From Anaerolineales bacterium (GTDB taxonomy: Bacteria > Chloroflexota > Anaerolineae > Anaerolineales > E44-bin32), in NCBI GenBank assembly GCA_036477195.1, contig JAZGCZ010000033.1, positions 3,357 to 67,356 of the forward strand: a DNA stretch of 64,000 bases. Direction: 5' to 3'. The position numbers and the translations under genes were made by a program. Under the pieces are notes generated by a model, which made no database searches, was not told where the DNA came from, and worked only from the letters and a program-made list of their open reading frames with translations. Shown here piece by piece: positions 54,044 to 62,609 of this stretch (position 1 is its first letter; the number at the start of each line of letters is the position of its first letter).

Positions 54044-55060
54044 TTAAGCTGGCGCCTCTCGGGACCAGGCTCGAAGCTCGATAGTCAGCCGTTCAAAGAA
54101 ACTTTGAGAAGGCAGAGCGCTCTCCCCGTAGGTCATGTCCACAATGCGCGCCTCTACTTCAAGTGATGCAGTTTGCAGCGAGATCACGGATCCAGGCTCA
54201 GCTATTATCGGATCCCCCTTGGCCGAAAGTCGATTTCGGGTCTCGGCATCATTGTGTGCATAGTTGCTCATCAAGACCTTGGTAACGGTCTGAATGTCAT
54301 TCTTATCAAACAGCCACACTTCGAATGCCGACACCTTGTTTGGTTCGCCAGCTCCAATGAGATCGCCAATTCCTACACCGCACTCACCAAGGAAATCACC
54401 CGTGGGGCTCTCGATGCTGAATGAATCGTCGTAGTCGTCGTCTCCCAAGGCATAAATGGTTCGGAATGTGGCCAAGCTGTCATCGCCGGTCACCTCAGGC
54501 TCGAACTGCTGTAAAGCCTGCTCGGATGGCACCTCTTGCATCGACTCTGGATCCGCAAGATCCGGAGCGACCATTCCCTCTTCGTTATCACGCCCACGTG
54601 CTCTTAAAACCAAGACCACTGCAAGCACGAGTCCGATGAGTACCGTAGCGCCGCAAACCGGGATGATGAAACTGGATGCTCGACCGAAAATCGATCCGTC
54701 CGACGCCTCCGTCTCACCGCTTTCTGCGTCGATTTCGATGACCGCACGAAAGCTCTGAATGGCGTTGGCGCTCAGTTCCTGGGGGTCCTCTGATACAGCG
54801 ACGAGCGTGTCGCTCCCAATATCGCCGAGCGCTTGAAAGCGTATCAACGCTAATTCGGCGTCCCGGTTTACAGAATGGGAGTCGATCGCCATCCGCAGGT
54901 AGTCCTCCTGCAAATCCGCTCTCAACTGTTGGGGCTCTCCGTCAATCCATTGAACTGGATTGATCACCCAAGCATAGACCATGCCGATGGCCACGCCTAT
55001 GATGGCAGCAACAAGTGGGATAACCCATCTTCGATTTGTGATATCTGAGATCGATTCCAT
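54044..55060 (-). CDS. Hypothetical two-TM protein with an acidic central region
   Basis: The start was chosen at MESISDITNRRWVIPLVAAIIGVAIGMVYAWV (55060). A second TM follows (IIPVCGATVLIGLVLAVVLVL). I recognised no family. Confidence 0.5.
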   Translation of the reverse strand: MESISDITNRRWVIPLVAAIIGVAIGMVYAWVINPVQWIDGEPQQLRADLQEDYLRMAIDSHSVNRDAELALIRFQALGDIGSDTLVAVSEDPQELSANAIQSFRAVIEIDAESGETEASDGSIFGRASSFIIPVCGATVLIGLVLAVVLVLRARGRDNEEGMVAPDLADPESMQEVPSEQALQQFEPEVTGDDSLATFRTIYALGDDDYDDSFSIESPTGDFLGECGVGIGDLIGAGEPNKVSAFEVWLFDKNDIQTVTKVLMSNYAHNDAETRNRLSAKGDPIIAEPGSVISLQTASLEVEARIVDMTYGESALPSQSFFERLTIELRAWSREAPA

Positions 55061-55155
55061 AGTTACCCTCTTCCCCGGATCCTTCTGGAACCTTGCAGAA
55101 AGCCGGCGAATTCTAATCTGATCGCAAGGCGAAGGCAAACAAAGGGTTGCATAAA

Positions 55156-57483
55156 CTATGCCAGATCTGCTTGCTTACTATGGATTTCGTCGTGTTCGTA
55201 GACGTTCTCACACTTGATGCATTGGAGATGTTTGCGATTTTGGTGGACGAGTAAGCCGCCGCAATTGGGGCACGGAGTGGGTTCAGGGCGCTTCCAAGAA
55301 GTGAACTCGCACTCTGGGTAGTTGGAGCACCCATAGAACGTGCGCCCCTTGCGGGTGCGTCGCTCAACAAGCTCTCCGCCATCCAATGGGCACAAGACCC
55401 CTATCTTTTCAAGCCACGGTTCAGTATGACGGCACTCTGGGAAATTGGAGCAGCCGATAAATTTACCGTATCGACCGTGACGAATCACCAGTGGGTGGCC
55501 ACTCTCCGGGCACATTCGACCAATTGGCTCTGGCTCGAGCTTCATCTCAGGCATGAGCTCTCGCGCCCGCTCGAGCTGCACCGCAAACGGCTCGTAAAAT
55601 TCGCGCACCACGTCTACCCATTCGCGGTCGCCCTCTGCCACTTCATCCAATTCCTCTTCCATGCGAGCGGTAAAACCTAAGTCCACAATATTGGGAAAGT
55701 GGTCGACCAACAGGTCGTTGACCGTCATTCCGATTTCTGTGGGGATCATACGCCTTTGTTCACGCTCCACATATCCTCGCCGTTGGAGGGTGCTCAGGAT
55801 CGGGGCATACGTCGAAGGCCTTCCGATTCCATTCTCCTCAAGAGCTTTTATCAAACTGGCGTCACTGTAGCGGGGCGGTGGCTGTGTAAAGTGCTGCTCT
55901 GGGTAGAGCTCTAATAACTCAAGCGGATCATTCTTCACCAATGCGGGAAGTCGATCCAAGCTGACAGAGCTCTGAGGATCCTTGGATTTCTGATCCGCCA
56001 TGACCGCGAGGAAACCTTTAAATTTAAGGGCCGATGCATTGACTCTGAAGCGGTACTCATGGGCTTCCGAGATCCCAATCGCTTCAATTGACAGCGTGTC
56101 GTATTCGGCCGGCTTCATTTGAGAAGCAAGGAATCGACGCCAAACCAGCTGATAAAGCTTGAACTGATCGTTGGATAGGAAATCCTTAATTGACTCGGGC
56201 GTTCGGCTGACGGATGTTGGCCGAACGGCCTCGTGCGCCTCCTGTGCCCTACGCGATCGGGTCTTATAAATTGGCGCCTCATCCGGCAGGTGCTCCTTGC
56301 CGAACTGATTGCGAATGACCTTCCGCGCTTCGTTTTGCGCCGACTTCGCCACCTGTGTCGAATCGGTTCGCATGTATGTAATCAGCCCGGTTGGCTCGTG
56401 ACTGTTGAGATCAATTCCCTCGTATAGTTGCTGCGCGATTGCCATCGTCTTGCGCGCAGAATACCGCAGCCTGCGGGATGCAGATTGCTGCAGGCTACTT
56501 GTTGTGAAAGGTGCCTGTGGATGGCGCATTCGGGTGCCGGGTTTGACAACGCCCACTTTAAACTTGGACCGTCGCAGATCTGACAGCAACTCTTCGGCGA
56601 CCACTTCTGACGGAATTACAGGATCTTCACCGTCCAGCTTTCGCAGACCTGCCCGGAACTCAGGCGGCTTCTCATCGTTCAGGAAGTCGCCATCGAGACT
56701 CCAGTACTCCACCGGTTCGAAGTCCTCGATCTCCCGCTCGCGATCGACGACTAGCCTCAAGGCCACGGATTGCACTCGGCCCGCGGACAATCGGCTGCGA
56801 ACCTTGGTCCACAAGAGTGGGCTGATGTTGTAGCCAACAAGCCGATCCAGGATGCGACGAGCCTGCTGAGCGTCAACCAGGTCTGAGTCAATGCTGCGAG
56901 GATGCTGAAAGGCCTCCTCGATTGCTTCCTTTGTTATTTCGTGAAATACGACCCGCCGGGCCTGCTCGTCATCGATCTCTGCCGCCTCCAGCAAATGCCA
57001 GGCTATCGCTTCCCCTTCCCGATCGGGATCGGTCGCTAGATAAACCTCTTCCGCTTTGGCGACCGCCTTCTTTAGCTCTTTGACGACCTCCCGTTTTTCA
57101 TTGGGCACCCGATATTTGGGGGTGAAGCCATTTTCAACATCGACTGAGATTTGAGACCGAAGCAGGTCCCGCACATGGCCAACGGAGGCCTTTACCGTGT
57201 ATTCCTTACCGAGGAAACGACCGACGGTGCGCGCCTTCGCTGGCGATTCAACGATCACCATCTTGCCTTTGCGCCGACTCTTCGCCTTCTTGACTCGTGA
57301 TTTGACTTCCGGGGGCTCGAGGCCCTCATGAGCCTCCGTGCGACCCATTCGATACAACTTCGAGCCGCAAACCGGGCACGTTCCGCGAGTAGCAGGAGAG
57401 CCGGTGGAGGTAAACGTTGCCTCCGGGTTCTCCATCGGGCGCTTTACCTTGCATTTAAGGCAATAGGTCTCTATGTCAGGCAT
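55156..57483 (-). CDS. topA: DNA topoisomerase I with an N-terminal extra zinc-ribbon and C-terminal zinc ribbons
   Basis: It has the Toprim start MVIVESPAKARTVGRFLG, ...YLATDPDREGEAIAWH..., and the active-site region ...ITYMRTDST... Three C-terminal CxxC...CxxC ribbons are present. The ATG at 57483 overlaps the upstream stop by 8 nt. Confidence 0.93.
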   Translation of the reverse strand: MPDIETYCLKCKVKRPMENPEATFTSTGSPATRGTCPVCGSKLYRMGRTEAHEGLEPPEVKSRVKKAKSRRKGKMVIVESPAKARTVGRFLGKEYTVKASVGHVRDLLRSQISVDVENGFTPKYRVPNEKREVVKELKKAVAKAEEVYLATDPDREGEAIAWHLLEAAEIDDEQARRVVFHEITKEAIEEAFQHPRSIDSDLVDAQQARRILDRLVGYNISPLLWTKVRSRLSAGRVQSVALRLVVDREREIEDFEPVEYWSLDGDFLNDEKPPEFRAGLRKLDGEDPVIPSEVVAEELLSDLRRSKFKVGVVKPGTRMRHPQAPFTTSSLQQSASRRLRYSARKTMAIAQQLYEGIDLNSHEPTGLITYMRTDSTQVAKSAQNEARKVIRNQFGKEHLPDEAPIYKTRSRRAQEAHEAVRPTSVSRTPESIKDFLSNDQFKLYQLVWRRFLASQMKPAEYDTLSIEAIGISEAHEYRFRVNASALKFKGFLAVMADQKSKDPQSSVSLDRLPALVKNDPLELLELYPEQHFTQPPPRYSDASLIKALEENGIGRPSTYAPILSTLQRRGYVEREQRRMIPTEIGMTVNDLLVDHFPNIVDLGFTARMEEELDEVAEGDREWVDVVREFYEPFAVQLERARELMPEMKLEPEPIGRMCPESGHPLVIRHGRYGKFIGCSNFPECRHTEPWLEKIGVLCPLDGGELVERRTRKGRTFYGCSNYPECEFTSWKRPEPTPCPNCGGLLVHQNRKHLQCIKCENVYEHDEIHSKQADLA

Positions 57484-58573
57484 AATTCTCCAGGCCGCTT
57501 TCAGATAGCCCGGCAACCAGACTCCTTACCTCTTCCGCTCGTTTGCGATCGCAAACCAACAAAACATCCTCCGTATCAACAATCACAATATCCTTAAGCC
57601 CCAGGGTCGCGACCAATCGGTGCAGACCAGGTTCCTGATAAATCACTACTCGTTCGGTATCGGAAAGCAGAATGTCGGTGGCCCTTACGGTATTCCCGTT
57701 CGGATCCGAATCCATCAGGTCTTCGAGCCGATCCCAACCGCCTACATCCCACCACCCGAGGTTGTCCGCTGGGATCACCACCACGTTCTCGGCCCCTTCC
57801 ATAACGCCGTAGTCAATCGTTTCGCTTTCCAGGCCTTCCCAAACCCGCGCAATCACCGAGCTCTCCTCAGGGGTTCCGAGCGAGCGCTCGATTTCTTGGA
57901 GCGCGGCGTATAGTTGAGGCATCAATCGCTCAATCTCTTGCAGTATTCGCTCAGCGGTCCAGACGAACATGCCCGAGTTCCAGGAATACTCCCCGCTCTC
58001 AACAAATTCCGACGCAGTTGAGTAATTGGGCTTTTCCCTGAACTGCTGAACGGACCGAATGTCGAAGCCCTTTTCGGTCGCCAGTTTCTTGCCCAAATGG
58101 ATGTATCCATAGCCAGTAGACGGCGATGAGGGGTCAATTCCCAATGTCACGAGTTCGCCTTTTAGGGCGCGTGCCTCGGCAGCCGCCAGTAATTCCCGAA
58201 ACCGCTCTACGTTCTGAATGATGTGATCCGCCGTTAAGCACGCCATCACCGCGCCAGGCGTCCGCTGGTTTAGCACGGTTGCCGCGTAGCCAATTACCGA
58301 AGCCGTCCCCTTCGGCATTGGCTCGTTTAGAAAATTGTCCGCAGTCAATGACGGAATTTGAGGCCGGAGAATTCCGGCCATGGAATCAACCGACACGACG
58401 AGGATTCGCTCTGTCGGTATTGCAGGCGTTAGTCGGTCGACCGCCATCTGAAAAAGCGTTCGATCGCCCAAGATCGCCAGGCTTTGCTTGGGGCGATTTG
58501 CTCGCGAAAGCGGCCACAGGCGTGTCCCGCCTCCGCCCGCCATGATCACCGCGGTAGTGTTTTCGAGTGTCAT
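57476..58573 (-). CDS. Mannose-1-phosphate guanylyltransferase-like sugar nucleotidyltransferase
   Basis: 365 aa. The sequence AVIMAGGGGTRLWPLSRANRPKQ is the GxGTRLxPLS signature. Confidence 0.8.
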   Translation of the reverse strand: MTLENTTAVIMAGGGGTRLWPLSRANRPKQSLAILGDRTLFQMAVDRLTPAIPTERILVVSVDSMAGILRPQIPSLTADNFLNEPMPKGTASVIGYAATVLNQRTPGAVMACLTADHIIQNVERFRELLAAAEARALKGELVTLGIDPSSPSTGYGYIHLGKKLATEKGFDIRSVQQFREKPNYSTASEFVESGEYSWNSGMFVWTAERILQEIERLMPQLYAALQEIERSLGTPEESSVIARVWEGLESETIDYGVMEGAENVVVIPADNLGWWDVGGWDRLEDLMDSDPNGNTVRATDILLSDTERVVIYQEPGLHRLVATLGLKDIVIVDTEDVLLVCDRKRAEEVRSLVAGLSESGLENYA

Positions 58574-59718
58574 CCTAGCCTGTATTCTGCGCGTGGCTCA
58601 CGCGCGCGTATGTAGTGCATTCCGCCCACCTGGCGTGCCTGTCCACGGATTTCGAGGATTGATAGACAAGCCGTCAATTCTGCAATGGGTAGCTCACAGC
58701 GAGCCCGCAATTCGTCGATGTGAATCGGTTCGGATCCCAAGCTACTCAACACCAGTCTCTCGGTTTTATCTTCTGGAAGAGCGGCGGGCGCTGCTTTGGC
58801 AATGACATCCAGGTTCAGCACCTCTAATACATCATCTACCGAAGTCGCGGGAAATGCCCCTTCGCTGATAAGCCGGTTGGTCCCTTTGCTGCCGCGGTCA
58901 TAGATGCGGCCCGGTACTCCGAATACATCTCGGCCCTGCTCAGCTGCGAAATTGGAAGTGATGAGTGCTCCGCTCCGTTCTCCGGCTTGCACAACGATCA
59001 CCGCAAGCGACAGGCCCGAAATAATGCGGTTCCGCGGCGGGAAATTGCCCCCCTCTGGTCGCGTTCCGAGTGGGTAGTCACTAACTACTGCTCCTGCCTC
59101 CGAAATCAACTTGGCCAGCTTCCGGTGCTCTGGAGGGTAAATGTGATCCAGTCCAGACCCAAGTACAGCGATCGTCCGCCCACCTGCCTCCAGCGCCGCC
59201 TCGTGCGCTACGCCATCAATGCCTCGCGCCATACCCGATACGACCGTTACGCCATTGGCCGCCAATCCTGAAGCCAGGTCACGCGCCACGGCTTTGCCGT
59301 AAGGGGTCGCTCGGCGAGTGCCAACGATTGCTGCCGCTACCCGATCCTGTGGCAAGAAATTGCCCCAAACGTAGAGCACTATCGGTGGAGAATGGATTTC
59401 TGCCAGGTCCTCTGGATACCCAGAATCTTCCAACGACAGCAATTGGTAGCCCAATCCGTGCAATCGCGCCAGTTCCGCGTCGAGGTCCATTCCATCACGT
59501 GCACGCACGAACTTATCGACGGTCTTTCGACTCAAGCCTGTTGCTCGCAGCTTGGCCGGCGATGCGTTCCACGCGGATTCGACGTCGCCAAAGACTTCCA
59601 ATAGCGCGCTGAGACGAGCGGGGCCTATCCCGGGCGCCCTGTTGAACCCCAACCAGTACTTTTGTTGATTTGAAATAATGATGAGCCCCCCGAAAGCCGG
59701 CCGAGCATACCATAGCAA
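58570..59718 (-). CDS. dprA: DNA-processing protein DprA (Smf)
   Basis: 382 aa with a TTG start, so the exact start is uncertain. ...IVGTRRATPYG...VVSGMARGIDGVAHEAAL...TIAVLGSGLDHIYPPEH... matches DprA. Confidence 0.88.
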   Translation of the reverse strand: MLWYARPAFGGLIIISNQQKYWLGFNRAPGIGPARLSALLEVFGDVESAWNASPAKLRATGLSRKTVDKFVRARDGMDLDAELARLHGLGYQLLSLEDSGYPEDLAEIHSPPIVLYVWGNFLPQDRVAAAIVGTRRATPYGKAVARDLASGLAANGVTVVSGMARGIDGVAHEAALEAGGRTIAVLGSGLDHIYPPEHRKLAKLISEAGAVVSDYPLGTRPEGGNFPPRNRIISGLSLAVIVVQAGERSGALITSNFAAEQGRDVFGVPGRIYDRGSKGTNRLISEGAFPATSVDDVLEVLNLDVIAKAAPAALPEDKTERLVLSSLGSEPIHIDELRARCELPIAELTACLSILEIRGQARQVGGMHYIRAREPRAEYRLG

Positions 59719-59809
59719 TTTTCAGAGTGTCAAGCCGGGGCTAATTGGGAAGAGCTTGGAAACTTTAAGCGTTTGCGCTTGAACCTGAGGCGGGTAACTG
59801 GGGAAATTG

Positions 59810-59886
59810 TGGCGGGGATGACGGGATTCGAACCCGCGATCTCTGCCTTGACAGGGCAGCGTGTTAGGCCGCTACACCACACCCCC
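59810..59886 (-). tRNA. tRNA-Asp (anticodon GTC), CCA encoded
   Basis: I folded the reverse complement manually. The acceptor GGGGGTG pairs with CATCCCC. The D-arm is GTGT...ACAC. The anticodon stem CTGCC/GGCAG closes the loop CTGTCAA. The T-arm is GCGGG-TTCGAAT-CCCGT. The 3' end is GCCA. Confidence 0.93.
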
Positions 59887-59916
59887 GAGCGCCGGAAAGT
59901 CTACCATAACATAGAT

Positions 59917-60960
59917 CTACGGAGCCGCAGTGGCACGTGCGAAGCCGTCGATCGCCCGATCGATTGCGGCATCATCGATCCAGTAATGCACCACCAGCCG
60001 CATTCGATACCCGTGTCGCGCGGTCAGCTTGACGCCGTCTCTCTCCAGTTCTTCGATCAGGATATGGGTTGTGATTCCTGCCTCAGGGTCCAGGTAAATA
60101 TAAACCAGGTTCGTAGGGGGAGGATCTTGCTCGACGGAGATTGCAGGTAGTGCCTGCAACCCCTCCGCAAGTCGACGCGCTCGATCATGGTCCTCCGATA
60201 GCCGATCGACCATGCTTTCAAGGGCCACGATGCCGGCCGCGGCCAAGATCCCCGCTTGCCGCATCCCGCCCCCGAGCTGTTTTCGCGCTCGCCGGGCCCG
60301 TCGGATGAAATCCTCCGTCCCACAGAGCAACGATCCAACCGGTGCACACAAGCCCTTTGAGAGGCAGAAGGTAACCGAATCGGCCGGCTCGGCGAGGGCC
60401 GAGGCAGGAATTCCAAGCGCCGCAGCTGCATTGAAGATCCGCGCTCCGTCCAGATGAAGCTTCAGCCCGTTCTCCTTGCTGATTGCTGAGACGGAGTTCA
60501 TATATTCAGGGGACAGGACCATTCCCCCAGTCCCGTTATGCGTGTTTTCGAGCAAGATCATTCGACTGATCGGATAGTGATCATCATCGGCGCGGATTGC
60601 AGCCTGAATGTCTTCCGGTCGTAGGGTTCCATCGACTTGATTGGGGACTGATCGAGGGTGTACTCCCCCAAGCGCTGAGACGCCCCCAGCCTCATAGATA
60701 TAGGTGTGCGACATATCTCCAAGGATGATCTCATCGCCACGCTGACAGTGGCTAAGCACGGCTGCCAGATTTCCCATGGTACCCGATGCGACAAACACGG
60801 CCGCTGGTTTTCCCATTCGTTCTGCGGCCAACGACTCTAATCGGAGCACGGTGGGATCGTCTCCAAAAACGTCGTCACCCACTTCCGCCTGGGCCATCGC
60901 CTGTCGCATCTCAGGCGTAGGGTGTGTAACCGTGTCCGATCGCAGATCAATCCAATCCAT
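59917..60960 (-). CDS. ltaE: Low-specificity L-threonine aldolase
   Basis: 347 aa. MDWIDLRSDTVTHPTPEMRQAMAQAEVGDDVFGDDPTV...GTMGNL...FCLSKGLCAPVGS matches the family. Confidence 0.88.
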   Translation of the reverse strand: MDWIDLRSDTVTHPTPEMRQAMAQAEVGDDVFGDDPTVLRLESLAAERMGKPAAVFVASGTMGNLAAVLSHCQRGDEIILGDMSHTYIYEAGGVSALGGVHPRSVPNQVDGTLRPEDIQAAIRADDDHYPISRMILLENTHNGTGGMVLSPEYMNSVSAISKENGLKLHLDGARIFNAAAALGIPASALAEPADSVTFCLSKGLCAPVGSLLCGTEDFIRRARRARKQLGGGMRQAGILAAAGIVALESMVDRLSEDHDRARRLAEGLQALPAISVEQDPPPTNLVYIYLDPEAGITTHILIEELERDGVKLTARHGYRMRLVVHYWIDDAAIDRAIDGFARATAAP

Positions 60961-61057
60961 GGTTAGATTTCCCCTCCGATGTTCGCTCCGCAGCCCTTAT
61001 GTCGCTCCTAACTTCAACTACTTATCGGCTATGCGCAGTGCATGAGGCGCGCGCCAT

Positions 61058-61957
61058 TTATTTACGGGTTGCCTGCCGAATCGCATGCTTAAGGTCATCC
61101 GGGACAGGAGCCTCGAATTCCGCATGACCAGGTAGCTTCATTTTCCAGGCATGGAGCATCTGTCGCTCAACTTTCAGGCTCGGGTTTCGCTTGCCGTAGA
61201 CCCTATCCCCTACCACCGGGCATTCTAGGAACTGCAAGTGAATGCGAGCCTGGTGTGTTCTTCCTGTGATCGGGTGCAGCTCTAGAAGTGTGTGGCGCTT
61301 GAAGCGTTCCCTGATCCTAAATTCAGTTACCGCTTGCCGTCCGCCTTCTTGAACTGCGAAACGCTGCCGATGCCTGGGATCACGTGCGATAGGTGCCTCT
61401 ACGCGTCCCTTGTCGCTCGGTGGAGCGCCGTCAACCAGGGCCAAGTAAGTCTTTTCGATCACCCGCGACTTGAATTGCTGTTGCATGAGCCTGAAAGACT
61501 CTCCTTTCTTAGCAAAGATTATCAGCCCCGAAGTGTCCTTGTCGAGCCGGTGGACCAGTCCCTCGCGGCCGGGCTCACCAATTCCGCGAAGCTCGGGAGC
61601 ATACTCGATGGCTGCTTGTGCCAGCGTTCCGCTATCGTGACCGGGGGAAGGATGCACAACGATCCCCGCGGTCTTGTTGATGACCATGTAATCCTTTGTT
61701 TCATGAAGAATATCAAGCTCCACCCGCTCAGACTCAGCGAAAGAAGACTCTGCTTCGATCTGAGAGAGCTGGATCGTGTCACCCAAATGCAGCTCGAATG
61801 CCGGCTTGGCAACAACTTTGCCGTTGACCCGAACCTGCTTGTTGCGAATCATGGCCTGGATTGAATTGCGAGATTTGTCTGCAATTCGATCCGCCAGATA
61901 AGCGTCAAGCCGGCCACCGGGTGGTTCGACCACGAAGTCGGCTGGCTCTTGCGTCAT
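61058..61957 (-). CDS. rluD: RluA-family 23S rRNA pseudouridine synthase (RluD-like)
   Basis: 299 aa. It has an N-terminal S4-like domain and the catalytic motif HRLDKDTSGLIIFAK. Confidence 0.88.
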   Translation of the reverse strand: MTQEPADFVVEPPGGRLDAYLADRIADKSRNSIQAMIRNKQVRVNGKVVAKPAFELHLGDTIQLSQIEAESSFAESERVELDILHETKDYMVINKTAGIVVHPSPGHDSGTLAQAAIEYAPELRGIGEPGREGLVHRLDKDTSGLIIFAKKGESFRLMQQQFKSRVIEKTYLALVDGAPPSDKGRVEAPIARDPRHRQRFAVQEGGRQAVTEFRIRERFKRHTLLELHPITGRTHQARIHLQFLECPVVGDRVYGKRNPSLKVERQMLHAWKMKLPGHAEFEAPVPDDLKHAIRQATRK

Positions 61958-61971
61958 CCTTTGCTTTGCAG

Positions 61972-62553
61972 CTATCCGGTGGAGTGTTCGATACCGTCCG
62001 GCTCGGCCTCTTTGCTACTCCCTTGCACCTCAATAGTGGAGTGTTCGACGCCATCTGGGGTATCCGCTTCGACCTCTTTGCGACTCCTTCGCCCCTCAAT
62101 AAATGAGGAGGTCAGCAGAATCACAACGCCTAGAAAAATGGCAGCATCCGCAATGTTGAATACCGGAAATCTGGCAACTGAAATGTAGTCGGTTACCTGA
62201 CCGTCTTGTAGCAGCCGGTCAGCTAGGTTACCGATAGCCCCGCCTAGCTGGAGTGCAAGGGCGACTCGCAGTGAGGTTTGTGAGCTGGGGACCCGAGGGT
62301 AATAGATGATGATGGCGATTGATACCAGAACGGCAACGACCGTAAAGAAAAGGGCACCGTCCTTAAAGAACCCAAACGCGGCTCCCGTATTTGACGAGTT
62401 GATGATACGCGCATAAGGCGCCAACCACTCCCACGGCACCCACTGCTCGCGCGGAGCCAAATTGAGACGGACAAAATATTTCGACCACTGATCCAGCGCG
62501 ACAACTAGCCCTGAGATCAGAACCAATCCCAGATAATCCTTGAGTAACCTCAA
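61972..62553 (-). CDS. lspA: Lipoprotein signal peptidase II with a duplicated acidic C-terminal tail
   Basis: 193 aa. ...INSSNTGAAFGF... and ...FNIADAAIFLGV... match LspA motifs. It sits in the ileS-lspA-rluD synteny. Confidence 0.88.
   Translation of the reverse strand: MRLLKDYLGLVLISGLVVALDQWSKYFVRLNLAPREQWVPWEWLAPYARIINSSNTGAAFGFFKDGALFFTVVAVLVSIAIIIYYPRVPSSQTSLRVALALQLGGAIGNLADRLLQDGQVTDYISVARFPVFNIADAAIFLGVVILLTSSFIEGRRSRKEVEADTPDGVEHSTIEVQGSSKEAEPDGIEHSTG
61979..62101 (-). repeat. In-frame tandem duplication (57- and 66-bp units) forming the LspA C-terminal tail
   Basis: Units are 61979-62035 and 62036-62101. They encode IEGRRSRKEVEADTPDGVEHST and IEVQGSSKEAEPDGIEHST. Confidence 0.8.
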
Positions 62554-62609
62554 TGCTCTATCCTCGGCCGAGGATTGTATCCCAACCCATCCCCGCTCAG
62601 TTTCCAGAA

